A stretch of 64,000 nt of DNA from Octopus vulgaris (taxonomy: Eukaryota). The stretch lies in the NCBI GenBank assembly GCA_951406725.2, contig OX597819.1, forward strand, positions 134,478,001 to 134,542,000. The letters run 5' to 3'. Shown here in pieces: positions 12,498 to 24,245 of this stretch. The stretch's first letter is position 1; each line of letters begins with the position of its first letter. The notes beneath the pieces are model-generated. The model worked only from the letters and a program-made list of their open reading frames with translations, had not been told where the DNA came from and did not search any database. The position numbers and the translations under genes are program-made.

Positions 12498-12810
12498 GTG
12501 TTACCATTTTAGTTGGTTTAATGGTGTGGAACATCATGGTCATCATTTTACATGGATGGTGGTCTGGATCATCGTGGTGTGTTTTACACGTCGGGTCACC
12601 ATTATAGTTGGATAGTCAAGTTGATGTATTCCACGTCAGGATCATCATTGCAGATGTGTGTTCCATGCTACATCGGGGTTATCATTATAGAAAGATATGT
12701 TTTCCATGTCCGGGTTCACCATTATAGATGGTGTGGTGGTCTGGAACATCATGGGTCACCATTTTAGAAGGATAAGTGTCCATGTTGCGTCGGGGTCATC
12801 CTTATAGATG
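12498..12810 (-). repeat. Tandem array of ~8 degenerate LTR-end/PBS units
   Basis: Plus-strand variants of CGGGGTCACCATTATAG at ~12500, 12538, 12592, 12637, 12674, 12711, 12752 and 12791. Confidence 0.8.
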
Positions 12811-13456
12811 GGTATGTTGTTGTTGAGCCACCTAATATGACTCACTCAGAAGGGTGTAATCTCGTTTGGTAGAAAACCTGGATGAAGAAATACATGGAAC
12901 AAAGGTGATAACTTTAAATACGTTTATTGTGGCTACATGTATATATATACACAGGCTGAATTAAAGTGGTTGATGGACATTTATTCATATATCTACATGC
13001 ACCTGCATGGGCTGTATGTTAGCTGTTAACCCTGGTGAGGAAAGCTCACAAACAGCGATATGTTAGAACTAGTGCAATGTAGATATTGTTGACAACATTG
13101 GTGAGAGACATGATGGTGGTGATGAAGATAGAGATCACTACAATGTGGTCAGTGGTTGGACCTTAGAAAGTCTGGAACCAACAGACTTCGAGATTAAAAG
13201 GAGGTGAGTTTTTATAGCTAATGGTAGGCTCAAATGCTGTTTAGAAAAGACTGTCTCACGTGCCTTATTTGGAGGCTGTGATTGGTTGGGTTGCATATTA
13301 GCATGTGATAGAGTAAGAGATAAATTGTGCTAATACCAACCAATCAGAGTGATAGACAGAACAGGGTCTAAAACAGCATCCAAAGGTTAGCTGTTACCTG
13401 CTACGTTCATAAGTATTTATACATAATAGAGAGGAAGTTCACTAGAGTTCACTACA
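12803..13456 (-). repeat. 5' LTR
   Basis: On the minus strand starts TGTAGTGAAC and ends CCATCTATA; TATAAAA at ~13210-13216; aligns with the other LTR. Confidence 0.85.
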
Positions 13457-13739
13457 ACACTGCCCATGACCTTTTCCAAAGTCTTTGTCAGAGTTAGCTG
13501 ATAGGAATGAGAAACTATAACTCGTTACTATTCATCTGACATGCTTCTATGCAATTTCAGTCAACCAATTTCACTCACTAAAGTGCCATGTAGTGGAATT
13601 GATCTGGGAACCACATGACTACAAATCAAATTTCTTGACCACACAGCCATGTCCTTGCTTATAGCTAAAATAGTCTCAACTGTTTCCCCAAATTTTATCA
13701 ATTCTAAAGTTGTTGTTTTTTTTTAAAATCCAATTATGG

Positions 13740-14338
13740 TGTTAGCAAATGAGAATGATGCAAGGCACGAAAGAATAAAAGAGCCTTGTTGTTGGAGGAT
13801 GTGTCGTTAGCACTTGTATTTGTGCTGATTCACTAATTGCTAGGAGCTGTGTATGACTGCGGATGTTGTGAACTGGCTGTTAGTTCTGGGGTGCTGGCTG
13901 TTATTTCTAGTGTTGGAGGTCAAAAGTTTTATATAGAAGAGAATGACGAAATCTGTTGTGGTTTTTATGAACCCACTTTAATTCTTATTGAAAGGGTTTG
14001 GGTGTTATTGTAATCGTATTGAAAAAGTCACAACAGTGAGTTGTTGTGTTACAGCAGAAAGCTCATTCCAATGATATTAACTGAGCTCAGCCTCTATCTG
14101 TGCACCATCTGGCTACCTTGGTGTCTCAACTATATCCCACAGGTGTGTGTCATTTTATACCTATTAATGGGCTCAGAAGGGAACATGCCAAAAGTTGAGA
14201 TGGTTGCTGCAGCCTATTTCCACATGAAGCCATGATTGGCCAGACTCTGTCGATCACATGTGTAATATTCTTTACATGCAAAGTTGCAATTGGTCGAATT
14301 TGCTGATTATGTAAACAACATTCCAGTGAATCACGACA
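13740..14338 (-). mobile_element. Possible solo LTR
   Basis: TG...CA termini, near-matching 4-bp flanks (ATGG/TTGG), TATAAAA and CCAAT on the minus strand; no second copy in the window. Confidence 0.25.
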
Positions 14339-14639
14339 TTGGTTGATTGCTGACTATTCCACTACACCCTTATCAATGTCCACACCATCATCTTTAGACT
14401 CACCAACAGCCTCAAGATTAGTTGAGTCATGTCAACCTAACTAGCAAAGAATGGTCATTTCAGACTTACCAGTATGTTCTCTCTAGGAATTATTATCACA
14501 AAATTGTTTTAGAACAAGTCTAGTAGCAATAAATTCATATGAAGAATTTGTGGCTTTGGTGGAATGGCTTCTGCTTCCTATATCTCCGTTGCTGAGTCAT
14601 ATATTCTGAACGGTGTCTAATACATAAACACAGATCATT

Positions 14640-15036
14640 AGCATAGCCGTGTGGTAAGAAGTTTGCTTCCCAACCACACAGTCTCAGGTTCAGTCCTACT
14701 GTGTGGTACCTTGAGTGAGTGTCTTCTGGTATAGTAGACCAAAATTTTGTGAGTGGATTTGGAAGATGGAAACTGAAAGAAGCCCGTCATGTGTGTGTAT
14801 ATTAGTGTCTCCTTGGCTTGGCTTCTTGCAATGGTTGAAAATGAATGTTACCATCAAACAAGCCATATCCTTCATTTCCAGTCTTCCATAAAAATAAGTC
14901 TGGTCTTGGAGGGAATATTACCTTCCTTGGTAACAGGTGAGGGTTGGCAACAGGAAGAGCATCCAGCTGTAGAAAATCTGTCTCAACAAATTCCATCTAG
15001 AAATAGGGATTAAATTATGAAGTTGATGATGATGAT
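14640..15036 (+). mobile_element. tRNA-derived SINE head joined to an RTE-like tail
   Basis: A/B-box-like GCCGTGTGGTAAG...GGTTCAGTCC, shared body GTGAGTGGATTTGG...GAAACTGAAAGAAGCCCGTC, ends in (GAT)n. Confidence 0.75.
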
Positions 15037-15609
15037 CCATTGAAATTGTAAACATCAAGTTGTTTGGCCTGTACAGTCTCTCTGCAGGTTATAATCCCAA
15101 AATACTTTATAATATAGAGTTATTCCTTTGACAATGAGCAGACTCCATAATTTTCATGAAAATAGATTGCAGTCAACCACAAAGCATAATCTTAAATCCA
15201 GATGCCTTTCTTGTTACCTCACTTGTTTCCAAGCAAGATATTTCCCCATCACTGGAAACATTTTCATGCAAAATTGGAAATGAAAACACCATTTGTATGA
15301 TAATAACACTTAGAGTGTGTGATGCTAAAACAGAAAAAACAAAACAAAACAAAAGGACACCTACCCACACATACACATGTTTATAATGAGAGAGAAAGAG
15401 ACGGAGATAGAAAGCCATGATGAATCAGTTTGTGAATCTGTCTGTGACAGATGAGTGTCAGCAGACTAGCAGCCATTGTCAAGTGGCATAAGTTGCTGCC
15501 CCCATTAATCTTGGCAGTGATATGACCACTGATTAGCAGATGCACCATTTATATGTATATATATAGCCAAGGTCTGTTGGTGGTTGGGACTTTGCTAATA
15601 TTCCTCATA

Positions 15610-15735
15610 CATACAGAATGAGTTTCTTTCAATTTCCCTCTACTAAATTCACTCACGGGGCTTTGATCATCCCAGTGCTATACCAGAAGCCACTTAACCA
15701 AGGTACCCCATGCTTTCTCAACCACACAGCCGTGT
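15610..15735 (-). mobile_element. Degenerate SINE fragment
   Basis: Reverse complement of the SINE head at 20421. Confidence 0.55.
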
Positions 15736-18099
15736 CTGCATCTGTTAGGTGTCAAGTGTTTAAACAAAGTAGGTTTTTTAACTGTGCAGCAAATTTGAGG
15801 ATTAACAATACAAATACGACTTTGTAGTTGAGAAACTTGCTCAAAATTGTCAAAAAACTGGCGTCTCAAACAGAAAAACTTTATTATTTATTTCCCCTGA
15901 GTTTCACCAACAGCCCTCTGTCTCTTTTACTGTCAGAAACGCAGAGGTCCATTCAAAACCTGTAACCAATATTCATCATCATCATCATCATCATTGTCAT
16001 CATAATTTTGCATCCATTTTTCCCATGATTGTGGGGCTTGAATGAGTCTTCACAAGCACAACATTTTGTTACTTATGATCACATATCATCTCATTCATGA
16101 TGAGATAAGCCTTCACCTATTCTTTCCACGTCTTTCTTGATCTTTCTCTTCTATGAATTCCTTCCAATTAGATTGCCTGGCGCTTCTTTACCAAACTCTC
16201 ATCCTCCTTACATCTCCATACATACACACATTCTCTCCTCTCTCGCAGACCAACATCAGTTTTTCTCTTTGTTCATTTATCCTCCACTCTTCATTCACAA
16301 TTAGCATTACACATCTTGCACATCCTCTGCATTCAATGTCCATCTTTTACTACCATACACTATCACACTTAGCATACAAATATCATACAATCTGCCCTCC
16401 ACTCAGAGAAAATCCATTTTTGGTCTGCAGAAGTATTAACTCCATGAAACTTTTCTGTCACATTTTTGCTTAAGATATAAAATTTTTTTTTCGTTTAATG
16501 TTACAAAAGTGACTGCAAGAGCATGGAGGAGGATAAGGAGAAGAGGAAGTGGTGTAACGCTATCTGACAGTTCCCTTCTTGATGCTGGTAAGAGGTTGTG
16601 ATAGGATTTTATTGTGTCACTGTCTGTCTGCTTTGTTTCCCCTCCATAACGAGATGACTCATTCCTTGAAATCTACCAAATATTAAGATCAAATGATGAA
16701 AAACAGCATTTGCCGCTAACTTTCAACTTCTTCAACAGAATGACAGTCGGTCATAATCCGTTTCTGATATTTAACAATCATTCCTTTTTATATCTTTTTT
16801 TAATTATATTAATTATTTTACAATTACAGGAAGAATTATCACCCTTTGAATTTCCTTGATGGATATTAATGGTCATCCTTTGACCAGAAAATATCCCTCA
16901 TACTTTTATTAGGAGTCTATTGACTGTATTGTTCATTAACTTTTCAGCAAGAAGATCATATTCGTTTTGAGGTTCAAGCATGAAACTGTAGTCGGAAAGG
17001 AAAGTATATTTTCTCTCTTTCAGCTTGTTCACCCTTTTACATGAGTTGGTTTTCAATCCTGAGTACTTTTGATGGATGGAACAAATATTGTAATGTTGTG
17101 GCTTTGTTCATTGACATATCCAGAGAAGGCTCTGATAAAAAATGTTGTCGACAGTTTTGCAATAGCCCATATTTTCTTCATTTTAAACAAGAAAATCTCC
17201 TTCGCACAGAAATCACATTTGCACAGGTAATCTTCATACTTTGTTGGACTTAATCAAAGGCTTGCCATTATTCATCACCCAAAAGTATGTCTGGTATTAT
17301 ATATTACAGATTATATTCTGTCAATTATTAATTAATTGAAAATAATCTTTCATGTAATACTAATTATTATTAATATGTTTAAGAGTATTCCAGATGAATC
17401 TGAGAGGAAACATTTACTGATTCCAACAAATTGAAATATATTTTTTTAATGATGATAATTTAAGTAAGAATTTATAACTGGACACACTGGACAAACCTGA
17501 TCAAAAATATTTTCTCTCTTTATAAAGACGTTTAGTGGAAAGAGAGGAGGTGAAGTGGTGAAAGCTGACCTCACGACCCTGAGCCGGACAAATCACATGA
17601 CAAAAGATCAACAAGTCCATTGCAATATGAAGTCCTCAAAAAGACTCACCTTTCTCAGCAAAACTGAGCTCTGGTAGTGCTATATTTTAGGTCCTCCACC
17701 CGGTACAGTGACTACCTCTATCTGCCCCCATACACTATGTCTCCTCTCCCTGCAGTACTGTCGTACATGCTGTCCCTCCTCTTCTGCAGGCTTCTATCAT
17801 CCCTACCCCTTGGCTCTTGTCTCATCATCCTCCTTCAACCCTACCCATTTTGGCAGTCCACCCCACCACCACCACCACCACTCATTCACCTCCCTATACA
17901 ACCTTACAAATGACCCACCCATCTCCCACCAACTTCTACTCAGCTTTTGTCATTGTGTACCTTGCAGGTACCCACTCATCATTCCCTTCCCCTTCCCTAC
18001 TAGATGTGAGTAGCCAAGCAGCCCATGTGCAGAAACCCTCTCTCATCGTAATCCCCTCATCCCCAAGCATGAAGCTGCACCTTCCACATCTACCCAAGG

Positions 18100-18277
18100 G
18101 CTTGTAGTTCTGCAAATTGAATGGCAACCTCAATAGTGCAGATGACAGGATAAAAGCACCCAGTTCACACTGTGAAGTGGTTGCTGTTAGGAAAGGTATC
18201 CAGCCATAGAAAGATAACCATCCAACCCATGCTAACATGAAACATGGGCATTATGATGATGATGATGATGATGATGA
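18100..18277 (+). mobile_element. RTE 3' tail with (GAT)n
   Basis: TAAAAGCACC...GTTAGGAAAGGTATCCAGCC...CCATCCAACCCATGC, then (GAT)n. Confidence 0.75.
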
Positions 18278-19254
18278 CAACAGTGGCGGTGGTGGTGATA
18301 TATTATGGCAATATTTATTGAATGTTGTATGGATGTAAGAGAGAACAGCAGGCAAATAAATGTATGCTTTCATTGTTATATACTTAAATTCCCCAGTCTT
18401 TTTAAGAAATGACTTATAAATATTGTTAAGTTCAAAATAAATCGTACCAGTTCTATTGAACAATGGAAGGTTGTGATTATTCCTACAAAGAAAAGTTCTT
18501 TGAATTAAATTCATTGAGACTAGAAAAACAAGTCTGAAAATATGGAAGACTTTGTAGTTTGGAAAAAATACAATATTTTGATGAGTCAATATACACCATT
18601 ATATTTTTGTTATCAAGATTGCTGTTTATTAATATCAGGGACTGGTTCCAGCAGATCTAGTTTATTCTGTTTAGTTACTTTCACATTTGCAAACTGTCAT
18701 TTCTGCTTTCACTAAAAATTTTACATTTAGAAATATTTCCTTCAAAACTTTTCTTCATCTAAAATGTCAAATATGTGTGAGATAATTCAGTCATTTGACT
18801 ATCAAAAGTTCAGTCTAGATGTTCATTTATTGCTAAATAGGCTGATTGACCAAGCAAAAAATTATGACCTGGCCTGCATCACCAAGGCTGAACTGGTGAC
18901 CAAGATCAAAGAGATGAGATCTCTTCAGTTTCATTCACAGATTTTAAAATTATTTTCTTTTAGCTAAACAGTTTGAAACTTTGTATACTGGTGTAATTGC
19001 TCACGCTGAACACGATCTACTTTCAACATTTTTGAAAAAATTTTGTATTTTAGAAGTTATTTCATGTTAAAGTTTTTGTATTTGGGTAATTTTAACTAAT
19101 CAATGACATATATTCAACTGAAGAAAGTTACTGCTGTTTGTGAAAGACAGACCCTCATCATGTAAGGAGAAGGGCCAGCAAGAAGAGACATAAGGTGAAG
19201 CAGTCCTTTTAGACTTCTCAGCCCTTCAAATACATTCTGTAATATATGAGACCG

Positions 19255-19475
19255 AGAAGGTGGCAAGCGGACAGAAACATTAGCTAGGCAAAATGCTTAG
19301 CAGTATTTTGTCTGCTGTTACATTCTGAGTTCAAATTCTGCCAAAGTCAACTTTGCCTTTCATCCTTTTGAGGTCAATAAATCAAGTACCAGTCGCATTG
19401 TGGGGTCAATCTAATCGACTGACCCCTCCCCACCAAAAAAAACTTCGGGCCTTGTGCCTAGAGTAGAAAAGAATA
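19255..19475 (+). mobile_element. tRNA-derived SINE, second family
   Basis: GAGTTCAAATTC B-box-like motif, central CTTTGCCTTTCATCCTTT..GGTCAATAAA..AGTACCAG, tail GGCCTTGTGCCTAGAGTAG; same family at 26107, 43790 and 48500-48940. Confidence 0.8.
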
Positions 19476-19754
19476 TATCAGATTTAGAGAAATGTGTAAC
19501 CTTGTCAAGGAAATAACATCTCTGTAGTGCTAGTATCATGAAAAAAGTACCCAGGATGACCTGTATACTGATTAGAGAGGAAGAAACCAAGCCGAACTGA
19601 AGTTTACAAAATACAGTCCTCTAAGCCATCCAGATGACTGGCAGCCCAACATGTGCACTGTCTCCAACGTTTGCAACTCTTCTGACTCATCCAGTGTGGA
19701 AATGGATATAAGAATGATGATATTTTGTGTATGGATGTACAGTTGCATACAGAA

Positions 19755-20085
19755 GTGCTGATCACGTAAAGAGGATGGAATTTGTGGAAGCAGAAGATCA
19801 AGGAAGACATGGGATGAAGTAGTGAAGGCCAATCTCAAGACTTGAGCTTTACAAAGGAGATGACAAGAAGACCTGTCCACTATAGCAGAATTTATGCAGG
19901 GCTGGGGCTACAGAAAAAGCATTGCTACTGGCACCACACAAAATGCACACAATACTGGTGTCATGTTAAAAGCACTCATGTAAAAGGCACTGATGCTGGT
20001 TCCACATTAAAAATACTGGCGATGGTGCTGCATAAAAAGCATCCAGTACATTCTGTAAAGTGGTTGGCATTAGGAAGGGCATCTT
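19755..20085 (+). mobile_element. RTE 3' end fragment
   Basis: GAAGACATGGGATGAAGTAGTG coding end plus 3' UTR motifs. Confidence 0.65.
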
Positions 20086-20327
20086 TGTGCTTGCGTTTGT
20101 CACGTGCCACTACTTGTTGGTTTATTTACATCCCTGTAACTTGGCAGTTTGACAAAAGAGAAAGATAAAATGAGTACCAGGTTTATAAATAAGTACTAGG
20201 GTTAATTTATTTGTCTAAACCCTTCAAGGTGGTGCCCTTGCATGGCCACAGTTCAATGACTGAAACAAGTAAAAAACATATATATATTTATGTGTGTGTG
20301 TGTATATATATATAAATATATTTATGA

Positions 20328-20328
<1 letters not shown>

Positions 20329-20420
<92 letters not shown>
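20329..20420. repeat. (TA)n microsatellite
   Basis: Direct reading. Confidence 0.97.
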
Positions 20421-20422
<2 letters not shown>

Positions 20423-20815
20423 CGCAGGAGTGGCTGTGTGGTAAGTAGCTTGCTAACCAACCACATGGTTCTGGGTTCAGTCCCACTGCGTGGCATCTTG
20501 GGCAAGTGTCTTCTGCTATAGCCCCAGGCTGACCAATGCCTTGTGAGTGGATTTGATAGACGGAAACTGAAAGAAGCCTGTCGTATATATGTGTGTGTGT
20601 GTGTATGTTTGTGTGTCTGTGTTTTTTCCCCCTAGCATTGCTTGACAACCGATGCTGGTGTGTTTACGTCCCCGTCAATTAGCGGTTCGGCAAAAGAGAC
20701 CGATAAAATAAGTACTGGGCTTACAAAGAATAAGTCCCGGGGTCGATTTGATCGACTAAAGGCAGTGCTCCAGCATGGCTGCAGTCAAATGACTGAAACA
20801 AGTAAAAGAGTAAAA
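20421..20815 (+). mobile_element. Full-length, well-preserved tRNA-derived SINE
   Basis: GGCGCAGGAGTGGCTGTGTGGTAAG...GGTTCAGTCCC head, internal (TG)n, tail GCTCCAGCATGGCTGCAGTCAAATGACTGAAACAAGTAAAAG; related copies at 22120 and 61762. Confidence 0.88.
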
Positions 20816-20821
20816 AAGATA

Positions 20822-21151
20822 TATCACCATCAAAATACAGGTCCAGATACTGCAACAGCTTGGGTTTCAGAGGACCACAGCTCTTTAACATCCTCCCTAA
20901 ATGCCTGAGAGACTTACATGGTGTGGATGTGGGTTTCTTTAAAACTAAACTGGATCTCTTCTTGTCGGGAGTCCCAGATGAGCCTACCTCACGACAGGAG
21001 ACGCGGATGCGGGCAGCAGCATCGAACTCCCTTGTTGATCAAGTGCCACGTATCAGAGGTGGATTCACAAATTAGTGTAGCTCATTCAGCGGTGGTGCCC
21101 CAGCATGGCCGCGGCCTTCGGGCTAAAACATTTTTAAGGATTTAAGGATTT
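20822..21151 (+). mobile_element. 3' end of a CR1-group LINE
   Basis: GFRGPQLFNILPKCLRDL...FKTKLDLFLSGVPDEP...RAAASNSL stop, short 3' UTR and (TTTAAGGA)n tail. Confidence 0.8.
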
Positions 21152-21515
21152 ATATATATATATATATATTTAGCCAACAAGACTTATTGATCATTAAATA
21201 GTTATAGGGTTCTTTTAAGATAGTTTATACATTTACAATTTGCTTTTTCGTCTTTAATTTTTTAATTTTTTAATTATTTAAAATATTTCATAAGTAATAA
21301 TGAATAATTAATTTATTTAGTTTTTTTTAGTACGTATATATATTTATTGATAGAGATAATTTTAGATATTAATTATTATACATATAAATATACATATACA
21401 TAATGATATAAATAGGATTATGAGTATATGCACTCATATGTATATGTATATGTTTTATTATGGGTATGTACCCACACCTATATAAGTGTGTATGTAATCT
21501 GATTTGTATCACATA

Positions 21516-21642
21516 ATCTCCGAAGAGGCCTTAGGATATTTTTGTAAATGTCTCATTTATAACTACGTATTGACCTACCATAAATGGCTAATATAAGTAA
21601 AATGAGACATACTTATCTGCATGGCCGAAACAGCTGTAAGAT
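21516..21642 (+). ncRNA. Type I hammerhead ribozyme motif with extended stem II
   Basis: Stem I ATCT/AGAT; core CCGAAGA (21520-21526); stem II GGCC(21527-21530)/GGCC(21623-21626) enclosing ATGTCTCATTT/AAATGAGACAT; GAAA; palindrome ACAGCTGT; GUA ending at 21638. Confidence 0.75.
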
Positions 21643-22058
21643 GTAGTCTATATTTATATTTATAGTTACTTATATTTATATTCTCTTATACATATTGTAC
21701 TTATTGTATAACATTACTCCTTTATGCACACTCCTTTATGTACACTGTTTTGTTCTACATTATTATTATTATTATTATGTTTGACATTAAAGTTTCTTAT
21801 GTGGTGGTTTAATAAAGTATGTGATTGGGTATTATTTGGTAATTGATATTTGATTTGGATGTATTTCTCCATTTTCTTATTTTGTATTATGAATTTGTGG
21901 TAAAACATTTTACCTTTGCCCATATAATACAGTAAATGAATTAATTGCATCGCAATTCTTAACATTTATGTATTAACTTTGTTGGGTACTTCACTGGCAG
22001 TATATTGGATATATGTTATCCAATAGAGGGTTGCATTTACAACCCCTATCTCAATTTG

Positions 22059-22121
<63 letters not shown>

Positions 22122-22285
22122 GCTTCAGGAATGGTTGTGTGGTTTAACACATTTATTCCTCAAATTCCATAATTTTAGGTTGCATCCTACTGCATGACAT
22201 CTTGGGAAATTGTCTTCTGCTGTAGCGTCAGGTTGGCCAAAGCCTTGTGATTGAATTTTGTTGGCAGAAACAGAAAGAGGCCCAT
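22122..22285 (+). mobile_element. Degenerate SINE head
   Basis: Similar to 20421-20580. Confidence 0.6.
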
Positions 22286-22823
22286 CATACACACCCACTG
22301 GGGATGCTTTCTACCTCTCACCAGCACTGGCAGGGTCACCAAGTAACTTCCCAGACAAAGATTCTTTGAGAGGGGAGGGGGGCATTGGAGGTGGTGATCT
22401 TGTGTCAGATGATGAAAGTATGACAGAGAGACAGAAACAGGTGTCTTGATGTAGGGAAGGTACTTGGTAACCCAGCACAGGGAGAGAGAGAGAGTGTGTG
22501 TGTGTGATCAAGAATGAGGATAAAAACAGGTGTGCTGCCTAAGAGGAGGTACATGGTTACTCAGTCAGAGGGGAAGAGTAAGAGAAAGACAAAGAGAAAG
22601 GGAATGGAAGACAACAAGAGTGCAAGAGAAAGCAGGAGGGAGATGGTGGTGAAGTGACAGGGCAGACTCACAAAGGATGAGGATCAGAGCATAGATGGGA
22701 GGGTAGAGTAAAGGAAGGGAGAGATGGATGGTGGCATTTGCCAAGGCATACCCTCAAGGTACAGAGGTCATAGTATTGCCAAAGAAGTGTAACAGGATGA
22801 AGGTCTCTGGAACACTTGAGGGG

Positions 22824-23238
22824 TGCTGGTCTTACCATTCAATTATGTCGAAAGGAAAGCCAAAACTTCGACTATCTTCAACAGCAATAAATAATATTTT
22901 ATTTGGGTCTGGATTCGCAAATCAAATATTTATACATATATTTTCTTCAGGTCGAACCGGTAGTCAAAGCCATGAAACTATTCACAATAGTCAACTTGTG
23001 TGAGCCAAAATGCTGTCTCCATTCCCACGTAGAAGGGGCTTCTTTATGTGTTGGTTTTCTTGAGAGAACCTTGAGTTGTGTCCACTCAATTCGGCTGCAG
23101 CTTCTAAAAGACAGATCTAGAGGGAAAATTTTCTGTTGGCAGTTCTCTGTGCATGTGCATGAGGGAACTTCCAATGGCCTACCGGAAGTAATCCAACTCT
23201 GCGCATGCGTGCTGAAAACTTCCAAAATAGCGTTACTA
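22824..23238 (-). mobile_element. Solo-LTR-like insertion in the RTE 3' UTR
   Basis: Interrupts sequence that is contiguous in the sister copy at ~54960-55030; minus strand starts TAGTAACG, ends CA, has AATAAA; no clean TSD. Confidence 0.35.
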
Positions 23239-24245
23239 GAGAAGCATGAATAGGGAGTGGGTGTGGGGAATACAGTGACTGGTAAGAACCTGGATATATA
23301 GAAGGAGTGGCGACTACAAGATAGCAATGATGCAGTGAGCAAAGTAGTGAGGATGGAATTGGGGAGTGAGAAATAATCATAACAAAAAGAAATGTGAGGA
23401 AGGGAAGAGATGCAGTTTGGGAAAAGAGATGTAGTTTGTTGGGGTCGGGTGTGTGAAAGGTTTTACTGTTAGGCATGAGTAGAACACACAGCACTTAGTT
23501 TCGCTGACATGGGTGGATCTTCTCAAGAACCTCATATTGCCATACATCTCAATCCATTGTCATTTCTTCCGTGAAGCCCAGCATCCTGAGATCAGTGCTT
23601 ACCATTTCATCCTGGGTCTCCCTCTTCCACGGGTACCATCCACTTTCAGTGACCAGAGCATCTTTGTACATCTGTCCTCATTCATATGCATCACATGTCC
23701 AAACCAATGTAGTCTTCTCTCTTACATGCTACATTTGATTCTTCTTATGCCCAACTTTTCTCTCAGTACATTTTGTCGCACACATGCACTGATGTTGCAC
23801 ATCCAATGGAGCATACTACATTCCTTTCTCTCTAGTCTACACATGTCTTCTGCATTCAGAGCCCATGTCTTACAACCATGGCATATAGCTCTTAGTATAC
23901 AAGCATCATATTGTCTACCTTCCACTCTGAGAGAGAGTCTTTTTTTTTTTTTTGCCAACAGAGGTAATAGCTCTCTGAACTTTATCCTATTCTTATTCTG
24001 GAAACAATACTTTCAGAGCATCCTCTACCATTGCTAAATTGCTAATAACAGACACTATCTACAACCTCAAGAGAACCTCTTGAGCATTTCAGAGAGTCTA
24101 GTTCCCATGTGTTCTGAGTTCTTATTTTTCCTACATATCTGCAACACACAAAGACGGCTTTGTCTGTTAATCTACCTGTGATACCACAGCACCTCTTATG
24201 TATCCATAGCGAACATTTGGTGCAGTGAATGGAATTACTTCCAAC

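Larger units (their letters stand above)
9850..13456 (-). mobile_element. Non-autonomous Gypsy-type LTR retrotransposon with 4-bp TSD
   Basis: Two related LTRs (12803-13456 and 9850-11560, the latter split by an RTE). ACAC flanks both sides (9846-9849, 13457-13460). PPT GGGGGGAGGGGGG at ~11565-11579, tRNA-Trp-like PBS at ~12788-12801, and an integrase C-terminal GPY/F remnant at 12226-12459. Confidence 0.9.

Noticed and set aside
12498-12810. CRISPR-like repeat-spacer appearance
   Set aside because: Eukaryotic context, degenerate repeats, no cas genes; units are explained as LTR-end/PBS copies.
16830-17290. Exon-like segment 17024-17226 with AG/GT ends
   Set aside because: Peptide is not recognisable and no compatible neighbouring exons were found.
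18764-18967. ORF with CITKAELVTKIKE, resembling a Tc1-like transposase tail
   Set aside because: Only about 13 residues of similarity and no TIRs identified.
19655-19705. Possible minus-strand hammerhead (CTGGATGAG...CAAACGTT)
   Set aside because: Core has an insertion, GAAA is missing and stem II does not pair.
20421-20495. Possible tRNA gene
   Set aside because: A/B boxes are the head of a SINE; no cloverleaf or terminator.
20224-20648. ORFs with YIYIYI runs
   Set aside because: Translations of (TA)n plus SINE sequence.
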